Below, piece by piece: positions 28,979 through 38,223 of a stretch of DNA of 64,000 nt. Both the position numbers and the translations under genes were made by a program. The stretch covers positions 87,097 through 151,096 of the forward strand of contig WRHJ01000002.1 of NCBI GenBank assembly GCA_009783305.1. The letters run 5' to 3'. How positions within the stretch are numbered: position 1 is the stretch's first letter; every line of letters starts with the position of its first letter. Below the pieces are notes generated by a model. It made no database searches and was not told the DNA's origin. It was given only the letters and a program-made list of their open reading frames with translations. Origin of the DNA: Candidatus Saccharimonadota bacterium. Its GTDB lineage: Bacteria > Patescibacteriota > Saccharimonadia > Saccharimonadales > Saccharimonadaceae.

Positions 28979-30076
28979 ATGGTTTGTATTGCGGCATTTA
29001 TTATTCTCTGTATTTTATCTGTTTTTGTTGCTATCCTTTCAATTTTCCGTCGCGACCTCGGTAAAAAATACTGGCAAACCTTCAAAAAAGCTTGGGGCTG
29101 CGTTGCCAAAAAAGTCACCCTCCAAAAATGCGAAACTCACTTCAAAGAGGACATCAAAAACTCCATCCTCAAAAAAGTTATTATCAAAAAACCCAAACTA
29201 GTTAAACCCATTTCCATCGGCATCGAAATTACCGCCGTTCTCATCGTCGCTATCACCGTCTGGTCCCTCGTCACCGCCGTCAAATCCGGTCTTGCCCTCT
29301 GGACTTTAGGCACCTGTGACGTCGTCCGCCCATCTGCTTGCGTCATTGGTGCCGAAATTTGCAGCATCGACCAAGAAGAACCTAAAAATCCCATCGAGGC
29401 CGTCGGCCGCTGGTTCGCCGACTGGGGCGAAATCTTCTCTGCCATCCCCGACAAATTCCGCTCTTGGGATGTCGAAAACTTCCCGCTGCATGGCTTTTTC
29501 ATTGGCGATATTAGCGAAGACAGCGTTACGACAGCCATCGATATCCTTGACCCCGGCTGCGTCGTCTGCCTCCAATCTTTCAAAAACCAGCTTAGTAGCA
29601 GCTTCTTCAATGACCACAAAACCCTCATCGTGCCTTTTGCCATCGAGAACCCCGACGGGTCCTATAAGTTCAAAAATTCCGGCCTCATTGTTCGCTATCT
29701 CTTAGCTATTTCCGACTATGGCGTTTTGCCGCCCGCACATGATGTCCCGCTAGGCCTCTTCCCCTCTGCAACATTGTCTGTAGAAATCATCAAAAGAATA
29801 TTTACTACCTACAATGACGACCACATCATCTACCAAACCGTCTTCAACGAACTGCTCGACGAAGCCGCAGCCGAGGCATTATTGCAAGTTTGGTTGTCTG
29901 AATTTGGCTACTCAGATTATCAAATTTCAGAAATTACCAATCTTGCCCACTCCGAAGCCATCACCGATCAAATGACCGAAAATTCCCAAATCATCCAAAA
30001 CGATATTCGCGCTCGCGGCATCCCCACCATGATTTTCGACGGTCGTCGTCACACCGGCCTTTTCAAGGCCGAATAA
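28979..30076 (+). CDS. Membrane-anchored thioredoxin-fold DsbA-like oxidoreductase
   Basis: N-terminal TM segments with Cys pairs, PGCVVC (CxxC), and a C-terminal GIPTMIFDGRRHTG typical of the DsbA/thioredoxin fold. Confidence 0.6.
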   Translation: MVCIAAFIILCILSVFVAILSIFRRDLGKKYWQTFKKAWGCVAKKVTLQKCETHFKEDIKNSILKKVIIKKPKLVKPISIGIEITAVLIVAITVWSLVTAVKSGLALWTLGTCDVVRPSACVIGAEICSIDQEEPKNPIEAVGRWFADWGEIFSAIPDKFRSWDVENFPLHGFFIGDISEDSVTTAIDILDPGCVVCLQSFKNQLSSSFFNDHKTLIVPFAIENPDGSYKFKNSGLIVRYLLAISDYGVLPPAHDVPLGLFPSATLSVEIIKRIFTTYNDDHIIYQTVFNELLDEAAAEALLQVWLSEFGYSDYQISEITNLAHSEAITDQMTENSQIIQNDIRARGIPTMIFDGRRHTGLFKAE

Positions 30077-30079
30077 TGC

Positions 30080-30085
30080 TACAAT
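30080..30085 (+). promoter_or_regulatory. -10-like box 8 nt upstream of the ATG (leaderless candidate)
   Basis: TACAAT, 8 nt, then ATG at 30094. Confidence 0.35.
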
Positions 30086-30093
30086 AAGCAGTA

Positions 30094-30732
30094 ATGGAAG
30101 ACAACATTGCTATTATCAAAAATTGGCTCGGCAGCGGCAGCATCAATATTTTTGGCTTGCCCCTATCTGGCAAAGACACTGTTGGCATCAAGCTGGCCGA
30201 AGCTCTTGGCGGCAAATACTTATCTTCCGGCGTCATCCTGCGCGCCGCAGAACCAACCAACCAAGCCGTCCGCGACAATCTTGCCATCGGCCTCTGGGCT
30301 CCAACCGATCAATTCTATGATCTAGTCTTGCCTTATTTTGATCGAGAAGACCTCAACGGCCTACCCCTTACGCTTGGCGCCATTGGCCGCTGGAGCGGGG
30401 AAGAACAAACTATTATAAATTACGCCAAGTCAGCCGGACACGAAATCAAAGCCGCAATTCTCCTCAATATCTCTGAAGCTGATATCCACGCCCGTTGGGA
30501 ACAACTGCACATCTTGCAGGATCGCGGTACCCGCACTGACGACAAAGACGTCAAAGCCCTCAACAACCGCGTCAATGAATTCAAGACCAAAACCATGCCT
30601 GTCATCCAAACTTACCGTGATCTCGGTATCCTTATCCCCGTCAATGCCGATCAAAGCAGAGAGGCTGTTTACACTGAAGTCGTCCAAAAACTCGCCGATT
30701 TCGCCCTCAACACCCCCGTCGAGCAATCTTAA
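30094..30732 (+). CDS. Adenylate kinase-like nucleoside monophosphate kinase with a divergent P-loop
   Basis: GLPLSGKDT (compare GAPGAGKGT), YLSSGVILRAA (compare ISTGDMLRAA), LGAIGRW (compare LDGFPRT). Confidence 0.6.
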   Translation: MEDNIAIIKNWLGSGSINIFGLPLSGKDTVGIKLAEALGGKYLSSGVILRAAEPTNQAVRDNLAIGLWAPTDQFYDLVLPYFDREDLNGLPLTLGAIGRWSGEEQTIINYAKSAGHEIKAAILLNISEADIHARWEQLHILQDRGTRTDDKDVKALNNRVNEFKTKTMPVIQTYRDLGILIPVNADQSREAVYTEVVQKLADFALNTPVEQS

Positions 30733-31694
30733 TCTCGCTTCAACATCACCGTAAACGCTTCGGCTGGAATATCTACCTTCCCGAAACGTTTCATCCTTGC
30801 CTTGCCTTTTTTCTGCTTTGCCAATAATTTCTTCTTACGCGACACATCGCCGCCATACAAATAACCTGTCACATCCTTACGATATGCCCCAATCGTTTCA
30901 CGCGCAATAAATCGCGCCCCGATTGCCGCTTGTAATGCCACCTCAAAATTTTGCCGGGGAATTACTTCTTTTAATTTTTTCGTCACCACGCGTCCCAGCG
31001 CCTCCGCCTCAGAACGGTGCGCCATCACCGACAACGCATCTACTCGTTCTCCAGCCACATAAAAATCTACCCGCACCAAATCCTCCGCCCGATAATCCTG
31101 TAGCTCATAATTAAACGAACCGTAACCAGACGTCGAAGACTTTAATTGATCATAAAAATCCGTCAACAAATTCGCCATCGGCGCCTCAAAATCAATAATT
31201 GCCCGATCATCCATGTAGGACAGACTTTTTTGCCGTCCACGTTTCATAATAATCAAATCCAATACTGCGCCCACATAACTTTTCGGCACAATAATCTCGC
31301 CCTTTACCCACGGTTCGCGAATTTCTTCCACCTTCGTAATATCCGGCAAATCCGAAGCCGACTTGATGTCCAATTCTTCACCTGAACTCAACTTCACATG
31401 ATAATCCGTCGACGGATTTGTCACCACCAAATCTAGATCAAACTCCCGTTCCAACCGCTCGCGAATAATATCTAGATGCAGCAGTCCCAAAAACCCAATC
31501 CTAAGGCCAAAACCCAATACTGGCGAATTCTCCGGCTCAAACCGCAGTGCCGAATCACTCAACGCCAATCGTTCCACCGCCTCTTTCAAATCCGCATACT
31601 GGTCGTTACTCACCGGGAAAAATCCCGCATACACAAACGGCCTCACGTTCTTATACCCCGGCAACGGCTCAACGATTACGCGCGGCTCACTCAT
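30729..31694 (-). CDS. lepA: Elongation factor 4 (LepA), C-terminal fragment (domains III, V, CTD)
   Basis: PLPGYKNVRPFVYAGFFPV...LGFLGLLHLDI...YDQLKSSTSGYGSF...KKLLAKQKKGKARMK. This matches LepA from about residue 280 onward. Confidence 0.85.
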   Translation of the reverse strand: MSEPRVIVEPLPGYKNVRPFVYAGFFPVSNDQYADLKEAVERLALSDSALRFEPENSPVLGFGLRIGFLGLLHLDIIRERLEREFDLDLVVTNPSTDYHVKLSSGEELDIKSASDLPDITKVEEIREPWVKGEIIVPKSYVGAVLDLIIMKRGRQKSLSYMDDRAIIDFEAPMANLLTDFYDQLKSSTSGYGSFNYELQDYRAEDLVRVDFYVAGERVDALSVMAHRSEAEALGRVVTKKLKEVIPRQNFEVALQAAIGARFIARETIGAYRKDVTGYLYGGDVSRKKKLLAKQKKGKARMKRFGKVDIPAEAFTVMLKRD

Positions 31695-31899
31695 TTTTCT
31701 CCTCTTCTGCTTTCTTCTCCTTCTCCATATCCGCCTTTGCCTTCGCCACCAATTCTTGCATCTCTGCTTCCACCACTTCCGGCGGCCTATTCAATTCATC
31801 TGATTTTTTCTTCATCCTATTTCTCACTATGCCCACCACCAGAAAAGCTCCCACTATGATTGCTACCCCCGTTAGCATTGCCGGCATCAACCCATCCAT
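31687..31899 (-). CDS. 70-aa membrane-anchored charged-helix peptide inserted between the lepA halves
   Basis: One TM (LTGVAIIVGAFLVVGIV) plus a Lys/Glu-rich helix. The start overlaps the upstream stop (TAATG). The stop overlaps the downstream start (ATGAGTGA). Confidence 0.5.
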   Translation of the reverse strand: MDGLMPAMLTGVAIIVGAFLVVGIVRNRMKKKSDELNRPPEVVEAEMQELVAKAKADMEKEKKAEEEKNE

Positions 31900-32735
31900 T
31901 ATTTTGCCTCCTTGAGATACTTCGCTAGCGTTACCGTGTCTCCCACCTTTGCCTCCCTTGTAGTTTTTAAGTTTGTCACAATATATCCAATTTCCCCCGT
32001 CAACAGCTCCGGCTTGGCCACCATTTGCGGCGATAATTTTCCCACCTCCAGCGCAATGCCATTGGCGCTCGCCGCCATCATCCGAATAGTTTCATTTTTC
32101 CGCAAACTCCCATCCACCACCCGCACATACAATACTACTCCGCGATAATCGTCGAAATACGAATCAAAAATTAACGCCCGCAGCGGCCCATCCGCCACCC
32201 CGCTAGGTTCTGGCACCCGCTCCACCACTGCATCCAATACTCCCTCCACCCCCTCGCCGGTCTTGGCCGAAACCTTCAAGATATCCTCAGCCTTGCAGCC
32301 CAATAAATTCACAATCTCCGAGCTCACTTTTTCCACGTTCGCCGCCGGCAGATCAATCTTATTGATCACCGGTACAATCACCAAATTCGCTTCTACTGCC
32401 AAGTACACATTGGCCAAAGTCTGCGCCTGAATCCCCTGGCTAGCGTCCACCACCAACACCGCCCCCTCGCAAGCCGCCAAACTCCGCGATACCTCATAGC
32501 TAAAGTCCACATGCCCCGGCGTATCAATCAAATTCAATTCATAACCCTTATAATTCATCTGCACCGGAGTCAATTTGATTGTGATACCCTTTTCGCGCTC
32601 CAATTCCATCGAATCCAGTAGTTGCGACTTCATCTCACGCTTATCCACCGTTCCGGTTATTTCCATCAATCGGTCCGCCAAAGTCGACTTGCCATGGTCA
32701 ATATGCGCAATAATACAAAAATTCCGTATATTCAT
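31899..32735 (-). CDS. lepA: Elongation factor 4 (LepA), N-terminal fragment (GTPase domain + domain II)
   Basis: [31 protein letters not shown]. It ends after GDTVTLAK, at the domain II/III linker. Confidence 0.9.
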   Translation of the reverse strand: MNIRNFCIIAHIDHGKSTLADRLMEITGTVDKREMKSQLLDSMELEREKGITIKLTPVQMNYKGYELNLIDTPGHVDFSYEVSRSLAACEGAVLVVDASQGIQAQTLANVYLAVEANLVIVPVINKIDLPAANVEKVSSEIVNLLGCKAEDILKVSAKTGEGVEGVLDAVVERVPEPSGVADGPLRALIFDSYFDDYRGVVLYVRVVDGSLRKNETIRMMAASANGIALEVGKLSPQMVAKPELLTGEIGYIVTNLKTTREAKVGDTVTLAKYLKEAK

Positions 32736-32762
32736 TAAGCAATATTATAACATCTTTTCATG

Positions 32763-32791
32763 AAAAACCCGCCTATATAGGCGGGTTTATT
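32763..32791. terminator. Bidirectional intrinsic terminator
   Basis: AAAAACCCGCC-tatata-GGCGGGTTTATT. Confidence 0.7.
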
Positions 32792-32820
32792 CAGTTATTC
32801 TTGTGTCTCAGCTTATCTGC

Positions 32821-33111
32821 CTAAAGATATCTTCGGAAAAGCTCCAAAATTTCATCCAGGAGTTCAAGCTCCGTAATATCCGGGTTGTCGTTCACGAAAT
32901 CCTCAATGTCCCGCAGAGCACCCTCCAGGTAAGGGTAATTGATCATATGGTACCCGAGCATTTCGACAATGTAATCAACATCATTGCCGACGTCAAAAAC
33001 TTCTTCTACGAGAAGCCGGATATCGATATCAAGAGCTGGGATAAAACTAGATAAAGCTTCGAAGCGTCTGTGGATTTCGTGAGAAGTGTCCATAGAATTA
33101 GCTTCTTGCAT
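32821..33111 (-). CDS. Small acidic hypothetical protein (96 aa)
   Basis: Strong SD (AAGGAGGTG) upstream of the ATG at 33111 and a terminator downstream. Preferred over the antisense ORF 32803..33054. Confidence 0.6.
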   Translation of the reverse strand: MQEANSMDTSHEIHRRFEALSSFIPALDIDIRLLVEEVFDVGNDVDYIVEMLGYHMINYPYLEGALRDIEDFVNDNPDITELELLDEILELFRRYL

Positions 33112-33231
33112 GGTTTTCGCACCTCCTTCTTCACAAGATTTTAAAACAACTATAGAAACTGCCGCCTGTTACCGGCAGGAAAAGCCCTATCCCTTCATTA
33201 TATCACACATAGCAGAAAAAGTCAAGATATC

Positions 33232-34035
33232 TTACTGAATCAGCACGACGATCAATACCAAACTCGCCAATACCACCCGATACCAACCAAAAGTCTGTAG
33301 CGCTCTCCGCTTTTGCAGATACCTCAATAAGAACCGCAGCGCCACCATGCCCGCCGCAAATGCCACCAAATTCGACAGTAGCAGCATCCAAAAATTATCC
33401 ATAAAATAAACCCGATCTGAGCTAGAAATAAACGTCTTCAGCACCACTCCGCACATCAGCGGGATACTTGCCAAAAACGAATATTCTGCCGCCGATTTTG
33501 AATTTAACCCCATCATCCGACCAGTCAAAATCGTCGAGCCGCTCCGCGACACTCCAGGTATCAAGGCCAAAACCTGCGCCAAACCAATAGTCAATGCTCG
33601 CGGCTTGGTCAACTGATTCTCATCCTTCAATTTGCTGATTCTCGGCAATTTATCCACCAATATCATCAAAATCCCCATCACCCCCATCGCCACTCCCACA
33701 GTAATCAAATGGCCGAAGAACGGTGTTTCCTCAATAAATTTTGATGCCAGCAACCCAATCGCCCCTGCCGGTATCGAAGTAATCAAAATATTTACCGCCA
33801 GCCGGTAGTTTTTTCGTTTAAACACATCCTCCAAGATCCGCACAATGCGTTTCCGGAAAAAGATAATCAGCGCCAATAAAGTTCCGATATTGATAAATTC
33901 CAAAAACAAATGAAAATTATCACCGTTCGCTCCAATCAAATTCTGCATAATACTCAAATGCCCCGAGCTGCTCACCGGTATAAACTCAGTCAGCCCTTGC
34001 GTCAGTCCCAACAAAATTGATTCAAAAGGATTCAT
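33232..34035 (-). CDS. uppP: Undecaprenyl-diphosphate phosphatase
   Basis: GLTEFIPVSSSGHL and PGVSRSGSTI motifs, polytopic, 267 aa. Confidence 0.93.
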   Translation of the reverse strand: MNPFESILLGLTQGLTEFIPVSSSGHLSIMQNLIGANGDNFHLFLEFINIGTLLALIIFFRKRIVRILEDVFKRKNYRLAVNILITSIPAGAIGLLASKFIEETPFFGHLITVGVAMGVMGILMILVDKLPRISKLKDENQLTKPRALTIGLAQVLALIPGVSRSGSTILTGRMMGLNSKSAAEYSFLASIPLMCGVVLKTFISSSDRVYFMDNFWMLLLSNLVAFAAGMVALRFLLRYLQKRRALQTFGWYRVVLASLVLIVVLIQ

Positions 34036-34073
34036 CTATTCAGTTTAACATACCCAACCACCCCTCGCGATGT

Positions 34074-34079
34074 TACAAT
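34074..34079 (+). promoter_or_regulatory. -10-like box 6 nt upstream of the ATG (leaderless candidate)
   Basis: TACAAT, 6 nt, then ATG at 34086. Confidence 0.35.
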
Positions 34080-34085
34080 ATTCCC

Positions 34086-34940
34086 ATGAAGGAAGGTTTA
34101 GAGCGCAATCAAGAATCTCCCGTTCTCACCTCTTGGGACAATCTTGATGAACCCGCCCTCCCATCTTACGAAGACCTCCGCGACCAAGAACGCGAATCCG
34201 CCACCGAACAACTCAAAGTACTAAGCAAAGAGTATCACGCTATCGAAGTCGATTTTGCCGAAAAATACCCAGAGGCCCAGCAAAAATTTGCCGATGATCC
34301 CGAGAAACAAGCCAATTACGACAAGTTCTTTATTGAAAAATATGAGAGTAAAATTTCCTGGAATCGCCGCGATGCTGCCGCCAATGCCCGCCTCAGCAAC
34401 CTTATTATCTCTCCCTATACCCTGGCGCAATATGACAACACGGCAATCGGCAGTTATGACAACCGCCAAAAATCTGTCGAAGTCCAAAGCGGAATCCTCT
34501 TTACCGAACGCATGCATGCCTTAGAAGATGCCATTGAACAATCTGGCGGCAACGCAGAGCACTCTCGGCTCTTACGCCAAACTTGGCCTCGCGTCGAAAA
34601 GCATATTGAATATCAGCACAAGAGCAATGAAGAAGTCGGCGCTGACCCAGATTATTACGATCGTATGCGCACTGACGCTCATAATTCCATGATTGAACAG
34701 CTCAATGACATCAATGACTTGGCCAGGCAATACGGCACACGCCCGTTCACTTGTCGCAATTTCATTACCAGTCGCCACCACAATCGCAAAGCAGATGTCG
34801 GCGGCAGATTAGGTGAGATTATGCAAACCGACCGCGTCATGGTCCAGCAATATTTTGACATTGCCTACGCCGCCGCCGCCGCAAAATTAGCTAGCGACCT
34901 CGAGAACCGGAAGGACATTAAAGAAAGACTATTTCGTTGA
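34086..34940 (+). CDS. Hypothetical protein
   Basis: ORF with start set at MKEGLERN (ATG 34086). No recognisable motifs. Confidence 0.55.
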   Translation: MKEGLERNQESPVLTSWDNLDEPALPSYEDLRDQERESATEQLKVLSKEYHAIEVDFAEKYPEAQQKFADDPEKQANYDKFFIEKYESKISWNRRDAAANARLSNLIISPYTLAQYDNTAIGSYDNRQKSVEVQSGILFTERMHALEDAIEQSGGNAEHSRLLRQTWPRVEKHIEYQHKSNEEVGADPDYYDRMRTDAHNSMIEQLNDINDLARQYGTRPFTCRNFITSRHHNRKADVGGRLGEIMQTDRVMVQQYFDIAYAAAAAKLASDLENRKDIKERLFR

Positions 34941-34965
34941 CATTTTCATCAATCTGTGATATAAT
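34937..34965 (+). promoter_or_regulatory. Sigma-70 consensus promoter
   Basis: TTGACA, 17 nt spacer, TATAAT, followed by the SD GAAAGGAG. Confidence 0.65.
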
Positions 34966-35007
34966 GTACTTATATCTTTCATCTAGAGAAAGGAGTGTCC
35001 TCATGTT

Positions 35008-35274
35008 ATGGACTCCAGTAACAAGAAAGAGATACGCAGCTTCATTAAAGGGTTGAGCCAAGATAATTTCGAGCAGCTTTTCGGCGCTATGCGTAACGAA
35101 GAGTGGGGGCAAATTCTCATCGGTCATCTCAAGCCGAGATACATAAACCGCATCCGCACCGACTTGCAAAGTCTGAAATTTATCCCCCGCCAACTTATCA
35201 TGTCTGACGCTTCCATCGTTCACTTTGTTGCCATCGCGACCCATCGGTTCCAGCACAAAACGGTCAGACCTTAG
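35008..35274 (+). CDS. Hypothetical 88-aa protein
   Basis: Consensus promoter and SD upstream, intrinsic terminator downstream. An alternative ATG at 35003 opens only a 17-codon ORF. Confidence 0.5.
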   Translation: MDSSNKKEIRSFIKGLSQDNFEQLFGAMRNEEWGQILIGHLKPRYINRIRTDLQSLKFIPRQLIMSDASIVHFVAIATHRFQHKTVRP

Positions 35275-35280
35275 CACCAT

Positions 35281-35307
35281 AGGCCGCCTATCACAGGCGG
35301 CCTTTTC
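35281..35307 (+). terminator. Intrinsic terminator
   Basis: AGGCCGCC-tatcaca-GGCGGCCT followed by TTTT. Confidence 0.7.
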
Positions 35308-35325
35308 CATTGTCTCGTTATCTTG

Positions 35326-35331
35326 TATAAT
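35326..35331 (+). promoter_or_regulatory. Extended -10 box 7 nt upstream of the hrcA ATG (leaderless candidate)
   Basis: TGTATAAT, 7 nt, then ATG at 35339. Confidence 0.4.
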
Positions 35332-35338
35332 ACTCTGT

Positions 35339-36055
35339 ATGACCGATCGTCAGCGCGAAATCCTTTTCGCCATCATCGAAGAATATGCTGAAATGGCTGC
35401 CCCAGTCGGCAGCGTGACTTTGGCCAAACTTTTTGATGTCAGCTCCGCCACCGTTCGCTCCGAAATGGCCAAATTGGAAGATCTCGGCCTTATTACTCAA
35501 CCTCACACTTCTGCCGGCCGCGTCCCCACCGACGCCGGCTATCGTCTTTACGTCAACTCCCTCCAAGACAACATCGACCAAGAAATTGACGCCGTCGACA
35601 GCATCAAAGACCGCTCTACCAAAGCCCTTGAAGTCCGCATTAGCAGTCAAACCCGCGCTGACCGCGCCATCCGCAGCGCTGTCGACAGTTTAGTTGAACT
35701 CACCGGCAATCTCGGCCTCGCCACCATTGGCGATCAGCTTTATCTCGCCGGCCTCAGCAACCTTTTTGCCCAACCCGAATTTCTCGAGCGCGACCACGTT
35801 CGCGCCGTTGCTAAACTCCTCGACAACCTCGAACCTTGGCTCCGTGAAGCCGCTCCTGGCGACCCGCTCAATGTTTTCATCGGCAGGGAAAACCCCGTCG
35901 GCGCTACTTCCGGCGTCTCACTCATCATCAGCAAGTTCCGCTCACCCTTTTCTGATCAAAGCTACATCGGCGTGCTCGGTCCTACCCGCCAATCTTACAT
36001 GCGCGTCATGTCGCTCGTCCGCCGCGCCGGCTATATGCTAGAGGATTCGCTGTGA
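35339..36055 (+). CDS. hrcA: Heat-inducible transcription repressor HrcA (short form, 238 aa)
   Basis: N-terminal wHTH: RQREILFAIIEEYAEMAAPVGS...ATVRSEMAKLEDLGLITQPHTSAGRVPT. Its stop overlaps the grpE start (GTGA). Confidence 0.8.
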   Translation: MTDRQREILFAIIEEYAEMAAPVGSVTLAKLFDVSSATVRSEMAKLEDLGLITQPHTSAGRVPTDAGYRLYVNSLQDNIDQEIDAVDSIKDRSTKALEVRISSQTRADRAIRSAVDSLVELTGNLGLATIGDQLYLAGLSNLFAQPEFLERDHVRAVAKLLDNLEPWLREAAPGDPLNVFIGRENPVGATSGVSLIISKFRSPFSDQSYIGVLGPTRQSYMRVMSLVRRAGYMLEDSL

Positions 36056-36471
36056 CCAAACCAAAAGATACCGTAGTTGCCGAACTCACCGCTGATTTGC
36101 AGCGCACTCGCGCCGATTTTGAAAACTTTCGCAAGCAAGCCGACCTCCAAAAACAGCAATACGGTGCCCTCGTCAAAATCTCCACCGTATCCAAACTCCT
36201 CCCATTATTAGACGACATCGAACGTGCCATCAGTGTCCATCCTGACATCTTGGAACCCATCACAAAAAATCTCGACAAGACTTTAGGCGAACTGCAACTG
36301 TCCAAAATTCCTTCCGAACCCGACACGCCTTTTAACCCCGACCTCCACGAAGCTGTTGCCGTCGAAGGCGACGGTGACACCGAAACAATTTCCGAAACTC
36401 TCCGCCCTGGCTATAGTTACGCTGGCGAAACTCTCCGCCCTGCCATGGTTAAAGTCCAAAAATCCAATTAA
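36052..36471 (+). CDS. grpE: Nucleotide exchange factor GrpE (short form, 139 aa)
   Basis: DFENFRKQ and FNPDLHEAV signature strings. Confidence 0.8.
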   Translation: MTKPKDTVVAELTADLQRTRADFENFRKQADLQKQQYGALVKISTVSKLLPLLDDIERAISVHPDILEPITKNLDKTLGELQLSKIPSEPDTPFNPDLHEAVAVEGDGDTETISETLRPGYSYAGETLRPAMVKVQKSN

Positions 36472-36486
36472 TTAAGGAGGTCACAC

Positions 36487-37251
36487 ATGAAAAACCTAGT
36501 TTTTCCTGAGGGGAACAATGAATTTATCAAAACTGCTGCCGAGCAGCTCAAAAGCATCTGCAACCCCATCCTGCTCGACGGCGATTTAAATGCTGCCGTT
36601 CAAATGGTCAAAGACGGCGAAGCCGACGTCATTGTCGCCGGCATCGACCACTCTACTCGCGACGTTATCCTCGCTGTTCGCGACGGCATCGGCGTTGCCG
36701 AAGGTCAAAAAACCTTCGCCAGTCTTTTCGTTTGCGATTTTCCCGACGGCCAACGCTTCATCCTTTCCGATGGCGGCGTCTGCAAAAACCCCACCGAGCA
36801 GCAGCTTGCCGATATCATCATTTTGAATCATTTTGCTGCCCAAAAAATCCTCGACACTACTCCCAAAATCGCCATGTTATCTTTCTCGACTTTCGGCTCC
36901 GGCGGCAAAGACCCGTCCATCGACAAAGTCGCTGAAGCTATGACCATCGCCCGCGAAAAACATCCAGAAATTTTAGTCGATGGCGAAATGCAACTCGACG
37001 CTGCCGTCAACCCACGCATCGCCGCCAAAAAATCTGGTGATTCTAAAGTTGCTGGAGAAGCGAACGTTCTCATCACTCCCGACCTCAATTCCGGCAACAT
37101 CCTCTACAAATCTTTCGAACAATTCGCCCACGCCACCGTCGCCGGCCCCATCCTGCTCGGCTTCGCCAAACCCGCCTCCGACCTCTCCCGCGGTTCCACC
37201 GTCGAAGATATCGTTCTCACCGCCAAATGCGTCCTCGCCCTCGCTGATTAA
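36487..37251 (+). CDS. pta: Phosphate acetyltransferase (PTA_PTB domain only)
   Basis: SD AAGGAGG. Strings DGGV, LITPDLNSGNILYK, SRGSTVEDIV. Sits in the xfp/ackA neighbourhood. Confidence 0.8.
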   Translation: MKNLVFPEGNNEFIKTAAEQLKSICNPILLDGDLNAAVQMVKDGEADVIVAGIDHSTRDVILAVRDGIGVAEGQKTFASLFVCDFPDGQRFILSDGGVCKNPTEQQLADIIILNHFAAQKILDTTPKIAMLSFSTFGSGGKDPSIDKVAEAMTIAREKHPEILVDGEMQLDAAVNPRIAAKKSGDSKVAGEANVLITPDLNSGNILYKSFEQFAHATVAGPILLGFAKPASDLSRGSTVEDIVLTAKCVLALAD

Positions 37252-37257
37252 GCATGT

Positions 37258-37263
37258 TAGAAT
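37258..37263 (+). promoter_or_regulatory. -10-like box 6 nt upstream of the ATG (leaderless candidate)
   Basis: TAGAAT, 6 nt, then ATG at 37270. Confidence 0.3.
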
Positions 37264-37269
37264 AAGCTT

Positions 37270-38223
37270 ATGCACGGGTTGGGCATTGATGTTAATCAAA
37301 TCAAAAAACGCATCCGTTTTTGTAACTATCTTTCCGTTGCCCAAATTTATCTCAAAGACAATTTCCTACTCACCCGCCCACTGACAGAATCCGACATCAA
37401 ACCTAGATTGCTCGGCCATTGGGGCACTTGTCATGGCATCAACGTCGCCTACGCCAACCTCAAATCTTGGCACAAAGCCGCCCCCATCAAGCCCAACTTC
37501 CAATTCATCCTCGGTCCCGGACATGGCTTTCCCGCCCTCCAAGCCAACTTGCTCTACGACGACGAACTGGCCGAATATTACCCCGATGCCACCCACAATC
37601 TCCACGGCATCGAATATATTTGTAAAGAATTTTCCTGGCCCTACGGTTTTCCCAGTCATGCCTATCCCGGCACTCCCGGCGTCATCACCGAGGGCGGCGA
37701 GCTCGGCTATGCTCTTGCCGCAGCTTATGGCGCCAGCTTAAATAAACCAGACAATTTCATTGCTGTTCTCATCGGCGACGGCGAACTCGAAACCGCCACC
37801 GCCCTCGCTAGCCTCAACCTTCACAAGCTCATCAATTCGCCCTCCCACGCTCAAATCCTCCCCATCCTCCACCTCAACGGTTACAAAATCTCTGGCCCCA
37901 CCATCTATGGCCGTACCTCCGAGCGCGAATTGCTCAACCTCTTTCGTGGCTTTGGTTACGATCCGGTCATCATCAACGGCGACGACACTGAAGAATTCCA
38001 AATCGCCCTCCAGCAACTCAAACCCAACACCTTCCTTATCATGAAAACCGCCAAAGGCGAAACTGGCCCCAAAGAACTGGATGGTGAAAAAATCGCCGAC
38101 AATTATCTTTCCCACCAAGTCCCGCTGCCAGATGTCAGAACCGACGCTCATCAACTTCTCATGCTCGAAAATTGGTTAAAAAGCTACAACTTCAAGGAGC
38201 TCTATGATGAATTTACCAGATAG
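37270..38223 (+). CDS. xfp: Phosphoketolase, N-terminal (TPP PP-domain) fragment
   Basis: NYLSVAQIYLKDNFLL...KPRLLGHWGTCHG...GELGYAL...GDGELETA. It ends at ...LKSYNFKELYDEFTR*. Confidence 0.85.
   Translation: MHGLGIDVNQIKKRIRFCNYLSVAQIYLKDNFLLTRPLTESDIKPRLLGHWGTCHGINVAYANLKSWHKAAPIKPNFQFILGPGHGFPALQANLLYDDELAEYYPDATHNLHGIEYICKEFSWPYGFPSHAYPGTPGVITEGGELGYALAAAYGASLNKPDNFIAVLIGDGELETATALASLNLHKLINSPSHAQILPILHLNGYKISGPTIYGRTSERELLNLFRGFGYDPVIINGDDTEEFQIALQQLKPNTFLIMKTAKGETGPKELDGEKIADNYLSHQVPLPDVRTDAHQLLMLENWLKSYNFKELYDEFTR

Noticed and set aside
28968-29201. 77-aa ORF in an alternative frame at the start of the DsbA-like gene.
   Set aside because: It overlaps the 365-aa ORF, which has clear TM and thioredoxin features. 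The short ORF is Lys/Ser-rich low-complexity sequence.
31476-31915. Plus-strand ORFs (127 and 122 aa) across the lepA split region.
   Set aside because: They are antisense to clear LepA-coding sequence and to the coupled 70-aa ORF. They are Pro/Ser-rich with low-complexity composition.
32803-33054. 83-aa plus-strand ORF antisense to 32821..33111.
   Set aside because: The minus-strand ORF has a strong AAGGAGGTG SD and a downstream terminator. The plus ORF starts inside the terminator region and has no signals.
35262-35280. CIRCE operator for HrcA (TTAGCAC... upstream of hrcA).
   Set aside because: Only one half-site-like string is present. No GAGTGCTAA partner lies 9 nt away. The nearby inverted repeat is the GC-rich terminator of the upstream gene.
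34918-35310. 130-aa minus-strand ORF antisense to 35008..35274.
   Set aside because: The plus-strand ORF has a consensus promoter, an SD and a terminator. The minus ORF runs through that terminator and promoter, and has no SD.
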